Virus record (IMG/VR): IMGVR_UViG_3300032579_000531
Location: 1-64,000 of that record
Length of the DNA stretch: 64,000 nucleotides
Strand: one strand, 5' to 3'
Source: a virus
The notes below the pieces were generated by a model. That model was not told the DNA's origin, did not search any database, and saw nothing but the letters and a program-made list of their open reading frames with translations. Shown here piece after piece: positions 36,080 through 45,019 of this stretch. The translations under genes were made by a program, and so were the position numbers. The stretch's first letter is position 1. Every line of letters begins with the position of its first letter.

Positions 36080-37009
36080 TTATTTAGTGTGTGGTACCAA
36101 CGCAGGTATGGTTTCTATTCCACGTGCTCTTGCGGCTGTAACTCTGTGGTTTCCGTCAAGTACCCAGCCCTCTGCATCTGCTACTACAGGGCGATTCTTA
36201 ATGTCGCTTGGGGTGATGTTTTCAACGTGATCCCAGTCAATGTCAATGACACGACGGTAAGGGTCATCTTGATGTACATATTCAGGAGTTTTTAAATCTG
36301 CCACGGGTATATTTTTTAATAACCAAACTTTATGTGCTAAGATAGGTTTAGGCATATGGTATTCATCATGTATGCCTTGTACATACTTTAACACCTGACG
36401 ACTAGTATACATACCACCTTTACGTGACACATCAATTAATTCTTCATCTTCTGACACTTCTAATTTCTTAGGTTCTATCTTGCCGGCAAGTGCTTTTGAT
36501 AATTGATGTAAGGTATGTTTATAATCTTTGTCTTTGTGCAATATACCAATACCACCATTGGCTTCCCAAAGTTTGATGTTGGTATCCCAGTCATCTATTA
36601 AGATGTTGGGCGTGCCGTTGGCCTGGCGAGCAAATTTAAACTTTTCGTGATCAAATATAATTGCTTGCGGTTGATGTGCTCTTAGATATTTCTTTAACCA
36701 ATCAGATTTTCCCTCTGAACTATCCTCAACATTACTCATTAAGGGGCTACTCAAAATACTATACTTGTCTGTTAATTTTAAAATACCTGTCATTAAGCGT
36801 CCAGCATTTGGTAAGGGCGGTAGCTCTGCAAAAAAGCCAGGCTTCTTTGCAATTTGATCGACCCCTAATTCTTTACGGTGTATTTCGCGCCAGTATGCAA
36901 CATCGTGCGCTTGTGCAACTTCGCCAAAGAAATCGGCTAGGACGCCGTCCATATCAACATAGATTATGGGACGGGTTTCGTATTTGGATTTAAACTCTGT
37001 TGACCTCAT
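36080..37009 (-). CDS. HAD 5'(3')-deoxyribonucleotidase-like domain fused to a ParB/Srx-like domain
   Basis: YVDMDGVLADF, ILIDD..NI..W..NGGIGILH; C-term VLDGNHRVTAA. Confidence 0.8.
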   Translation of the reverse strand: MRSTEFKSKYETRPIIYVDMDGVLADFFGEVAQAHDVAYWREIHRKELGVDQIAKKPGFFAELPPLPNAGRLMTGILKLTDKYSILSSPLMSNVEDSSEGKSDWLKKYLRAHQPQAIIFDHEKFKFARQANGTPNILIDDWDTNIKLWEANGGIGILHKDKDYKHTLHQLSKALAGKIEPKKLEVSEDEELIDVSRKGGMYTSRQVLKYVQGIHDEYHMPKPILAHKVWLLKNIPVADLKTPEYVHQDDPYRRVIDIDWDHVENITPSDIKNRPVVADAEGWVLDGNHRVTAARARGIETIPALVPHTK

Positions 37010-37035
37010 AGTGTATTTATGAGGTAGTATCTTGC

Positions 37036-37590
37036 CTAGCCGTATAATTCCTGGTACCAGGATAAGTTCTTTTGCAAGAACATATGGTACATATTACGCT
37101 GTTTAATGCAGATCTCTTTGTTAATAGTGATCCAGTCTGCAGGTGCTAGTTTAACTTCTACTTCACTATCACCGTAGCAGTTTTTAGTTTCTAGCCCATG
37201 CTTATGACATAAGTGTTGTATGGGCTTGTTCCACCCTAAACAATGCATATAAAGCTCTTTATATCTGCGGTTTCGTGCCCAGAATATGGCCTCTTCTAGC
37301 ATGGTGCCAGCAATGCCCTGTCCGCGGAAGTCTTCGTGTACAATGACACCAAACTCCACAGCACGATTGCTTATTGCAATATGAATAGTACCAGCCCAAC
37401 GATTACCTTCTCGAGCTACCAGGAAGTAGTGTTCGTCTGGATTGCCAATGATACGATCCATTAGGCTATCAATAACATACTGACTGCCTGCTACGCCAAA
37501 ATATAACTGACGAGTTTCTTCGTCCTGAATTAATAACCAGTCGCGATACTGTGAGTAGTCTTTAACGGGTAAAAATTCAGTAATGATCAT
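37036..37590 (-). CDS. GNAT acetyltransferase
   Basis: EFGVIV..FRGQGIA..MHCLGWN. Confidence 0.85.
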   Translation of the reverse strand: MIITEFLPVKDYSQYRDWLLIQDEETRQLYFGVAGSQYVIDSLMDRIIGNPDEHYFLVAREGNRWAGTIHIAISNRAVEFGVIVHEDFRGQGIAGTMLEEAIFWARNRRYKELYMHCLGWNKPIQHLCHKHGLETKNCYGDSEVEVKLAPADWITINKEICIKQRNMYHMFLQKNLSWYQELYG

Positions 37591-37591
37591 T

Positions 37592-37684
37592 TTAGTACCA
37601 CTGTCCATTGACCATACGTGCTTTAACTGTACGAGTACGTGCTTCTACCCAGGCCGCATATAGTTCTTTTAAAAATTCACGCAT
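37592..37684 (-). CDS. 30 aa hypothetical peptide
   Basis: MREFLKELYAAWVEARTR..; TAATG-coupled. Confidence 0.45.
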   Translation of the reverse strand: MREFLKELYAAWVEARTRTVKARMVNGQWY

Positions 37685-37824
37685 TATAAACCTCTGAATT
37701 CAAAATACTTTTGCCAATATTCTGCATCGGCATGTGTTTTTGGTTCTTTAGCTGTTACAAACTGTTCTAAGGCGCTTGGTTGTGTTACAAAAAACTTGGT
37801 AAGTTCTTTTAATAGTTTTGACAT
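37684..37824 (-). CDS. 46 aa protein, DUF3563-like
   Basis: SALEQFVTAKEPKTHADAEYWQKYF; SD GAGGAG. Confidence 0.5.
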   Translation of the reverse strand: MSKLLKELTKFFVTQPSALEQFVTAKEPKTHADAEYWQKYFEFRGL

Positions 37825-37899
37825 TTTGTGTCTCCTCATGGTTTCTACTTAGTATTAAGTATAAACTTATTTATCATGCAGAGCAACATTTATTCAAAA

Positions 37900-38154
37900 T
37901 TATTTTACCGGTTTAAGTAACCATCCCTGTCCAGAATGTTCATGTAGCCACGAGTAGAATGGTGCAGGAATGTTTAGGATACCGTTGTTGTGTGCTAGAT
38001 ATTGATATTTGGGCAGTATTTCGTAACCGTTTATTGTAGTCGGCTGTGTACTATCTAATGTTATGGTATCAAATAATCCCGCACTAGTTTCTATTCCATC
38101 TATTAGAATAGTTAGTTGAGTCTTAGTAGCCAGCAGATCTGAGTAGTTCTTCAT
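37900..38154 (-). CDS. Hypothetical protein
   Basis: PFYSWLHEHSGQGWLLKP. Confidence 0.6.
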   Translation of the reverse strand: MKNYSDLLATKTQLTILIDGIETSAGLFDTITLDSTQPTTINGYEILPKYQYLAHNNGILNIPAPFYSWLHEHSGQGWLLKPVK

Positions 38155-39397
38155 ATTCGGGTAAGTACCTTAGGATGCCATTGTTTCTACTGGCTTCTAA
38201 TAATTTAATGTAGTCAACAAGAGCAGGCAGTCTAAATGATTCGTCTGGTTGATTTTCCAAGTAATCTATATAACTACGAGCATCTTGGATAATCTGTTGC
38301 TGGGCAACTGCGGGATGTCTGGTGTTTATAATTTGTTCAGTGTTTGTGCTATCGTATCTATTGATCCAGCTAGATAATCTTTCTATCACCTGCGGTCTAA
38401 CTGCCATGGGCAGTACACTAGGACGCATAAATGCTGGGTCGTTTAAAAAATTACAACTCTCAACAGCTATATTATGATTATAAGCATATTCGTATACAGT
38501 ATCAAGATGCCATATAGTAAAGATAGTTGGAGTAATTCTTAACTGCACTAACCAGCTGGATTCCTGTGCAATTTCTATCCACTGCTCCATGATTTTAACA
38601 GAGTCGTCGATATTGCCGCCATATCTAACGTAATCGTTTAATGGATGAATACATTCAATACTCATGCCAAGATTAACCTGCTCAAACTGTTTGAGTAAAT
38701 CAACTATACTTTGATCCCATACAGTAAGGTTAGTAGTAAACCCCACTGTAATTGTTTTATGCAAATTTTCTTCTATTAGAGTTTCTAATATTCGTTTAAA
38801 GCCGGGAGTGATTAATGTTTCACCGCCGATAAAGTGTAGGTATTTAATTGTTGTACTTGCTCGTAATGCATCAAGGAAGGTATTGAACTTGGCTGGATCT
38901 TCGCACCAGCTGGCACGCGGAGTTTGGTCAATTATTCCTATGCGTTTAAATTCTGATGCCAACTTGCTACTACTTGCTGGGTCACAGAATATACAAGCAC
39001 TATTACAAAAGTTGCCTAGGTCAATTTGCCAGTCTTGCGGAGTTTGCTTTGTGACTGTATTTTTAAATTCATCAACCCAGGGACTTGATAACATGGTGTT
39101 AGTGAAGTCATTCAATTGAACACCAGTTTTAAGTAATTGTTTTTGACGACCACTTACTTTACCGTGCGCTTCCATTTGATAACATTCTGTACAACCTAAC
39201 AATTTTTCCCCACGTAACATAGACTCACGTACAGGAGCCATACCTTGTTGGAAAAACTCTAACGGAGCTGTGTCAGCAATGCTGGGCAAACTTGTTCTGT
39301 CCTGCTTGGTTGCCCAACGACAATATTCATAATGCCCAGAGTTATTGATTCTCATATGGAACCAAGGGCTCGGGCAAAATGAATCTTTAAATGTCAT
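38123..39397 (-). CDS. Radical SAM protein with N-terminal twitch/SPASM-like Cys cluster
   Basis: CNSACIFC (CxxxCxxC), FIGGET, FTTNLT; FCPSPW..C..CTECY. Confidence 0.88.
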   Translation of the reverse strand: MTFKDSFCPSPWFHMRINNSGHYEYCRWATKQDRTSLPSIADTAPLEFFQQGMAPVRESMLRGEKLLGCTECYQMEAHGKVSGRQKQLLKTGVQLNDFTNTMLSSPWVDEFKNTVTKQTPQDWQIDLGNFCNSACIFCDPASSSKLASEFKRIGIIDQTPRASWCEDPAKFNTFLDALRASTTIKYLHFIGGETLITPGFKRILETLIEENLHKTITVGFTTNLTVWDQSIVDLLKQFEQVNLGMSIECIHPLNDYVRYGGNIDDSVKIMEQWIEIAQESSWLVQLRITPTIFTIWHLDTVYEYAYNHNIAVESCNFLNDPAFMRPSVLPMAVRPQVIERLSSWINRYDSTNTEQIINTRHPAVAQQQIIQDARSYIDYLENQPDESFRLPALVDYIKLLEASRNNGILRYLPEYEELLRSAGY

Positions 39398-40014
39398 CGT
39401 TTAGTAACAACCTCGTCTGCAAGTCCATATGCAACTGCTTCTTCCGCTGACAGGAATGTGTCAAACTTCATAGCTTCGTAAAGTTCATCATACTCTTTGC
39501 CTGCGGTGTTGTGACGTGCATACAGTTCAGTTAGACGTTTATTAATACGAACGCTTTCTTCGAATGTACGCTTTGCATCTTCGAACTGCAAGTCTTGTAC
39601 GTGTACACTACCACGTGTACCTGGAGTACCTGAACTAACACGATGGATCATTGTGCGTGATTCTGGAAGAACTATTCGCTTACCTGCGGTGCCTGCCTGT
39701 GCAAGGAAGCTACCCATGGAGCAGGCCTGTCCTAATACTATAGTGGATACATCAGGTTTGATAAACTGCATTGTATCGTAGATAGCTAGGCCTGCTGTAA
39801 CGCTGCCACCAGGGCTGTTGATGTAGAATAATATGTCCGCATCTGGATTTTCACTTTCTAAAAATAACATCTGGGCAACAATTAAACTAGAACTGTGTTC
39901 GTTTACGTCTGTGTCCAGCATAACAATACGGTCACGCAACAAACGACTATAGATGTCGTAAGCACGTTCGCCATTGGCAGTTTTTTCCAGAACGGTAGGT
40001 ACAAAATTAGGCAT
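39394..40014 (-). CDS. clpP: ATP-dependent Clp protease proteolytic subunit
   Basis: DIYSRLL, YINSPGGSV, ACSMG (Ser), MIH (His), DTFLSAEEA. Confidence 0.96.
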   Translation of the reverse strand: MPNFVPTVLEKTANGERAYDIYSRLLRDRIVMLDTDVNEHSSSLIVAQMLFLESENPDADILFYINSPGGSVTAGLAIYDTMQFIKPDVSTIVLGQACSMGSFLAQAGTAGKRIVLPESRTMIHRVSSGTPGTRGSVHVQDLQFEDAKRTFEESVRINKRLTELYARHNTAGKEYDELYEAMKFDTFLSAEEAVAYGLADEVVTKR

Positions 40015-40067
40015 AACTTTCCTTAGTTGAATTGATTGTTTATTGTAACAGAAAAGCTATTGTGTGT

Positions 40068-40556
40068 CTAGCACTTTGTAAAGTCTTGATGTTTAAACCA
40101 ACGCTTCTGACCGTGTGCTGTTTTTAAGTTAAGTCCATAGTATTCAAAGCGTTCGCGGAACATAAAGAAATCTGGACCATGTGCGCCACTGTGTTTATCC
40201 ATGATACCGCCACATGCTTCAAAACGGTGTATGTCCCATTGGTACTGGTGAACCATTTCGTGTGCCAGGGTTTGCAAGAACCATTGTTGGCAAAACCATT
40301 TATCCATGATTTTAATAGTGCAGTAACTACCGGTATGGTCATAGTCGTTTTCCCATTGGCAAAATCCCCAGGTCTGTCGACGTACACCCTGTTCTATTTC
40401 GGGCTTGCGTAAACGGTTATCAAACAGGTAACGATTGCAGATATTATATGCGTAGTTTATATCTGCGTAGCTAGGGCGGAACTGTAAACGTCGCTGGTAC
40501 GTTATACTGGGAAGTTCTGCTTCCATTAATGCACGGATTGGATTCGGTCTAGCCAT
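40068..40556 (-). CDS. SprT-like zinc metalloprotease
   Basis: TLAHEMVHQYQ..HGPDF. Confidence 0.8.
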   Translation of the reverse strand: MARPNPIRALMEAELPSITYQRRLQFRPSYADINYAYNICNRYLFDNRLRKPEIEQGVRRQTWGFCQWENDYDHTGSYCTIKIMDKWFCQQWFLQTLAHEMVHQYQWDIHRFEACGGIMDKHSGAHGPDFFMFRERFEYYGLNLKTAHGQKRWFKHQDFTKC

Positions 40557-40631
40557 TGAAATGCCCTCGCTCAAGTATTTATATAATACTCCTGGAGGGC
40601 ATTAACTACTAGTTTATACTACATAAACGGC

Positions 40632-41363
40632 TTAGTTATTGATTGTTACTTGTCCTACAACTGCACCAGGTTTCTGGATTGCTTCTGCCCTACGTGCTTG
40701 ATACTCGGCATTGTTTACAGGCATTAGGTTAAGTGTACTGGTACTGCCATCGGGTTTGACCACACTAATTTCTTGACCTTTTTGTGTAGCTACCGGGGTC
40801 ACTTCTGCATCACCCAAGGGTTTGTTACCTGTAATTTCGTCTAGTTCTTTAAAGGCTTCCTTGGCACCACGCTTGGTGTCTTGATTACTTCGAGCACTAG
40901 TCGAAAGTGCAACCAATACATAAGATCGAATACGTGTACCTTCTGCTACATGCTTCATCTCTACAGTTTCTACACCAGAGATATCAATGTCCGGGCAAAT
41001 ACTGCGGATTGCCATTTCGCTTTGTTCTGTAGTGGTAGTTCCGTTATCAGCGGAATACACTTTAGTTTGACTACGGACCTTGCCGCCTGCACTTGTACAG
41101 ATCTTGGCGTATGCAATAGTCTTGGCCTTCATATCAGCCATACCAAAGTCGCCACTGGTAGCAGTACCATTTTCAAATACTACACCGGGTGACTTGGGCA
41201 ACTTGAACATCCACTCGGGTGCCTGGTTGATCGCGGACTGCATATTAGCAGATTGCTGTGCTGATTGTAGTTGAGCTTGTTTAGTATAATTTGACTGAAT
41301 CGAATTAGTACCACAGGCACTCAATAAACCTGCTACTGCACCTACAATTAATAACTTCTTCAT
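40632..41363 (-). CDS. Lipoprotein (LPP20-like)
   Basis: Lipobox LSAC; APEW..GTATS. Confidence 0.7.
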   Translation of the reverse strand: MKKLLIVGAVAGLLSACGTNSIQSNYTKQAQLQSAQQSANMQSAINQAPEWMFKLPKSPGVVFENGTATSGDFGMADMKAKTIAYAKICTSAGGKVRSQTKVYSADNGTTTTEQSEMAIRSICPDIDISGVETVEMKHVAEGTRIRSYVLVALSTSARSNQDTKRGAKEAFKELDEITGNKPLGDAEVTPVATQKGQEISVVKPDGSTSTLNLMPVNNAEYQARRAEAIQKPGAVVGQVTINN

Positions 41364-41413
41364 TTTTCATCCCTTTAGGGTTTAGTTACGATAACAACAG
41401 TATAACATTATGG

Positions 41414-41986
41414 TTAATATTTGTCAATCACTTGCCATTTTGAATTTGGTGCAGTAGACAAACGACATACAACTCCTTGATACAACATCAAATTTTGGTT
41501 ACGACTATCACGCTCAACGAACATACGACACTGAGTACGTTTGTACCAAAAATACTTACGCTCAGGAACATAGGTATGTAAGTCAGTTTCGGACTCCCAT
41601 ACTATATCCCCAATTCTAACCGGATGAACACGAATATCCGGTAGATCACTACAGACCATTTGACTATCGGCATGCACTGAACTTGGTGCTTCTTCTAACA
41701 TATTGCCACGGTGTTGATCTAATGCTTGAACACACGCTTCTGTTTCGGTTGTGCCATATCCAATACCTTCTACAGTTTGCCAATCGTTGTTGATGTGTAG
41801 GCGATACTTTAATACGCACTTCTGACCACGACCGTCGGGGCCGACCAATTTCTGTATATCAACTGGGCGGCTGTTAATTACTTGTTGAGATATATTTGTG
41901 CTAATTCTAGTGTAGCAGTCAGCCCTGGGTTGAGTACAGTACGCCGCTCCTGCCACTGCGATTGCAGATATAATTAGTAGTTTCAT
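41414..41986 (-). CDS. Secreted Cys-containing hypothetical protein
   Basis: Signal peptide, several Cys. Confidence 0.6.
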   Translation of the reverse strand: MKLLIISAIAVAGAAYCTQPRADCYTRISTNISQQVINSRPVDIQKLVGPDGRGQKCVLKYRLHINNDWQTVEGIGYGTTETEACVQALDQHRGNMLEEAPSSVHADSQMVCSDLPDIRVHPVRIGDIVWESETDLHTYVPERKYFWYKRTQCRMFVERDSRNQNLMLYQGVVCRLSTAPNSKWQVIDKY

Positions 41987-42264
41987 TTATTGTACCTATC
42001 GGGGTTGTTGCACCCTATACGTAAACTCCAAATAATAATTTTGGCTTTTTCGTTATAAGCACGATCTGATTCAGACATATCTTCGGGATTCTTATTCAGT
42101 GTTCCTAATAACTTCAATTGGTATTCGACTTGCTGTGTTATTTGGTCAATCTGTGGACAGTTTGCATTGCTAACCTGGATACTAGCCAATTGGGTGTAAC
42201 TAACCTGTGGACGGCTAGCACAACCAACTAGGCTAATAGCTAAAAGGATAGCAACAAGTCGCAT
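41983..42264 (-). CDS. Small lipoprotein
   Basis: Lipobox LVGC. Confidence 0.65.
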   Translation of the reverse strand: MRLVAILLAISLVGCASRPQVSYTQLASIQVSNANCPQIDQITQQVEYQLKLLGTLNKNPEDMSESDRAYNEKAKIIIWSLRIGCNNPDRYNK

Positions 42265-42617
42265 TAGAACTGTGCCTTGGCCAAACGGGCTTCGCGATTG
42301 CGTTCCCAACTTGCGTCTAGGTTAGCACCTTGTCTAAATAGTTTATCGTATGCTTTTTCGGCTACTCCATAATGCTCATGAGCTCCGGACTTTTCAAAAA
42401 AGTCGTAGTCAATGGTCCAGCGCGGAATGATAGTTACCCTAGCATCTGCATCATGCAAGATCGGTAGTTGTTGCCACTGGAACAATAACCGTTGAATAGT
42501 CTGTTCCCATTGTGTCTTGGCCCATGGTGTCTTGGCACGGGCTAATGCTTCGCGAGCCGCATCCAACCGTTGACCCAGTACTTCCATTTCATCACCATAA
42601 AAACGATAGTCTTTCAT
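42264..42617 (-). CDS. Hypothetical protein
   Basis: SD AAGGAG. Confidence 0.6.
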   Translation of the reverse strand: MKDYRFYGDEMEVLGQRLDAAREALARAKTPWAKTQWEQTIQRLLFQWQQLPILHDADARVTIIPRWTIDYDFFEKSGAHEHYGVAEKAYDKLFRQGANLDASWERNREARLAKAQF

Positions 42618-42630
42618 TTCTTCTCCTTGA

Positions 42631-43017
42631 TTAATAGTTACGACCTAGTACAACTTGTACCCGTTCATATACTTCGTCTTCTTCTGCTGTGTATGTATGG
42701 TCTTTGTCCCGAAACATAAACTTGCTCATTATTTTGTGGAATTCATCAAATACTTTAAGTCGAGATGGATTTAATGTAACCTTGTCGTTTAGCAACCACG
42801 ACTTTACTACACGCAACGTATCCACAGGGGCAAGGTCTTTATCCATCAATATAGTAAAACATTCATCTATTGTAGAGTCAGATTGTCCCCGTAATAAGTC
42901 ACCGGCTTCTCGTACCATATCCTCTACTGTACCATGCTTCATAATGAACTGTGCCGAGCGTCCTTGCAAACTTGCCCAGGCAAACTCTTCTTCGTAAGTT
43001 AGTGTTCTATCAGTCAT
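42631..43017 (-). CDS. Hypothetical protein
   Basis: ORF from MTDRTL. Confidence 0.55.
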   Translation of the reverse strand: MTDRTLTYEEEFAWASLQGRSAQFIMKHGTVEDMVREAGDLLRGQSDSTIDECFTILMDKDLAPVDTLRVVKSWLLNDKVTLNPSRLKVFDEFHKIMSKFMFRDKDHTYTAEEDEVYERVQVVLGRNY

Positions 43018-43018
43018 A

Positions 43019-43555
43019 TTAGATCTCAATGTTACTGTTTTTAGCCTTATTGTAAAAAATATGATCACCAATTTGTCCTGCTTCGTGCCGAGTGTCGACC
43101 CATTTTGGATCACGGATATATATGGCATGATAATACAAACTATGCATCAAGCCACTGACACGATAACCGGTTAAAACTTTTTCTGCTACTTGACGGCTCT
43201 CTGCCCAAACTGTAGGATCAGGGTTTGGTAACTTCTTTTGTAATGTCCACGAAAACTGAGACTTGGCATAAACTACCTTACAAACTGTATTGCCCCAGTG
43301 ACCGGTCTTCAACCGATTTACTGTCACATGAGCAACCGCATACTTTCCCGGCGTGGCTTCTACTCCTGCTTCATAATACACGTTTTTAGTTAAACAGTCG
43401 AGATCGTTCTTGGTGTAGTTTACCTTTTCTGTAGTTTGAATAATGTCTGTAAGCTGATCTATCTTGTCCTCAACCTTGTCCATACGCAATTCTTGACGCA
43501 GGAGTAAGAGTGCAAGTAGAGTGCAAGCAATAATAATTAAGTTACGGTTTGACAT
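43019..43555 (-). CDS. Cell wall hydrolase (SleB/Hydrolase_2 family) with N-terminal TM
   Basis: CLTKNVYYEA, AVAHVTVNR, QFSW, YYHA, IGDHIFY. Confidence 0.92.
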   Translation of the reverse strand: MSNRNLIIIACTLLALLLLRQELRMDKVEDKIDQLTDIIQTTEKVNYTKNDLDCLTKNVYYEAGVEATPGKYAVAHVTVNRLKTGHWGNTVCKVVYAKSQFSWTLQKKLPNPDPTVWAESRQVAEKVLTGYRVSGLMHSLYYHAIYIRDPKWVDTRHEAGQIGDHIFYNKAKNSNIEI

Positions 43556-43782
43556 TATCTATCCTGATTGTAGTCGTCGGCACCATCATTAAACTTTTCA
43601 GAAGCCAACAGATTAATTTGATCACCAAATTCCTCTTCGAGCTGTTCTAGCTCGTCGTCTGACAATGGTGTGCCATCTTCATACTCAGCATAGCTAAAAA
43701 ATGCATCACAAAAGTCTGGATAGTCGTCAGCCTCAACGCCATCGACTTCTACATTTTTTACTCGACGTCCATTTAATTGCAT
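43555..43782 (-). CDS. Highly acidic small protein
   Basis: DYPDFCDAF..LSDDELEQL. Confidence 0.65.
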   Translation of the reverse strand: MQLNGRRVKNVEVDGVEADDYPDFCDAFFSYAEYEDGTPLSDDELEQLEEEFGDQINLLASEKFNDGADDYNQDR

Positions 43783-43786
43783 ATTG

Positions 43787-44116
43787 TTAAGCCTTTGGAA
43801 TGTGATAAGTGATGCCCTGTGGGCTTGCAGATTTTTTGTAACCCAATGTTTCGTAATCCGCTTCTAACAATTTTAAACTTGTACGGTCTTTAACTTGTGC
43901 CCGATCTACTTTAACTGCGATAAACTTTTTACGATAGTTGATATGAATACCCTTGGCCCAGTAAACTAACTCTAACGCAAGAGCCATGCGATCTGCGGTA
44001 ATTTTTTGTTTGTCTGAATAATGTGAAGATTCAACAATGTTACGCATACGGGCATCACGTGCGGCAGCAAAAGCATAGTAGCCTGCGGATTTTGTTTCTA
44101 GCTCTGTTGTTTTCAT
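43787..44116 (-). CDS. Hypothetical early protein
   Basis: Own promoter at 44147-44175. Confidence 0.65.
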   Translation of the reverse strand: MKTTELETKSAGYYAFAAARDARMRNIVESSHYSDKQKITADRMALALELVYWAKGIHINYRKKFIAVKVDRAQVKDRTSLKLLEADYETLGYKKSASPQGITYHIPKA

Positions 44117-44146
44117 TTTTATTTCCTTTTGTTTAACTATACAAGT

Positions 44147-44204
44147 ATTATACTATTTTGGGTATTTTGGGTCAACCAAAAACACCGTTGTTTTTAAGCA
44201 ACGG
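44147..44204 (-). promoter_or_regulatory. Early promoter with perfect CCGTTG-N8-CAACGG palindrome
   Basis: TTGACC-N17-TATAAT; palindrome 44185-44204. Confidence 0.75.
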
Positions 44205-44481
44205 TTTTATTACGCTTTACTAGCATTTCTGATAAAGAAGGGTTCATAACTAGTGAAACTTTAAGGGCATTGATTTTAGTTTTTAAGTTAGCAAGTACTA
44301 ACTCTACTTCTTGCATAGACGAGTCCACTTGCAAATCTACAAAATATTGTGCTTTGTTTGCGGTGAATGCGGGATAAGTGTCTGCAACAATGCGAACAGA
44401 AACGGGAGTGTTAGAATACGGGCTACGCTTAAAAGTTACTTTTGCGTATAATGTACTTACAGGTGTATTTTTATAAAACAT
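44194..44481 (-). CDS. Hypothetical early protein
   Basis: SD AAGGAG; promoter 44510-44538. Confidence 0.6.
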   Translation of the reverse strand: MFYKNTPVSTLYAKVTFKRSPYSNTPVSVRIVADTYPAFTANKAQYFVDLQVDSSMQEVELVLANLKTKINALKVSLVMNPSLSEMLVKRNKTVA

Positions 44482-44555
44482 ACTTACTCCTTTTAGTTAC
44501 TATAGAGCTAGTATAGCATTTTGGTAATTTATGGTAAACCAAAATTTGAGCCGTA

Positions 44556-44579
44556 AAAAAGCCCCAATTAAGGGGCTTT
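44556..44579 (-). terminator. Intrinsic terminator
   Basis: aaaaagcccc-aattaa-ggggcttt. Confidence 0.7.
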
Positions 44580-44600
44580 ATGTTAGTGTGTACTAACCTA

Positions 44601-44819
44601 TTACTTTGTTGCAAACATCTTGGTGAAGTCCACTGATTTTGTAGACTCGGCTACTTGCTTGGCCAACTCTAAATTTGTTTCGTATACAGTCTTGGTAAAG
44701 TCTGCATAAGAGTCAACTAAAGTTTCTAAATTTGAGCGGATTGCTTTATCTTCAACGAATGTCAAAGGTTGCTTACTTGCTTGTGCTACTTGGTCGATTA
44801 CGGATTTAAAATTAAACAT
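44601..44819 (-). CDS. Phasin-like amphipathic helical protein
   Basis: 72 aa all-helical, VIDQV..K..LTFV..LVDSYADFTK; TGC-rich box upstream. Confidence 0.5.
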   Translation of the reverse strand: MFNFKSVIDQVAQASKQPLTFVEDKAIRSNLETLVDSYADFTKTVYETNLELAKQVAESTKSVDFTKMFATK

Positions 44820-45019
44820 TTTGGTTTTTCCTTTATTAAGCGAAATGTTATGTGAAGCCCAAACTATTTGGCACCTCACTGTTTCATACTATGTTTATAG
44901 TATATACTTATTTATGTGCGGTTGCAACATTTTTATATTTTAATTTGCCCAAAAAAGGAATAAATATTGATGTAGTTCGCGATACTGGAAATATCCAACT
45001 ACTCTAACATAAAAGGACT

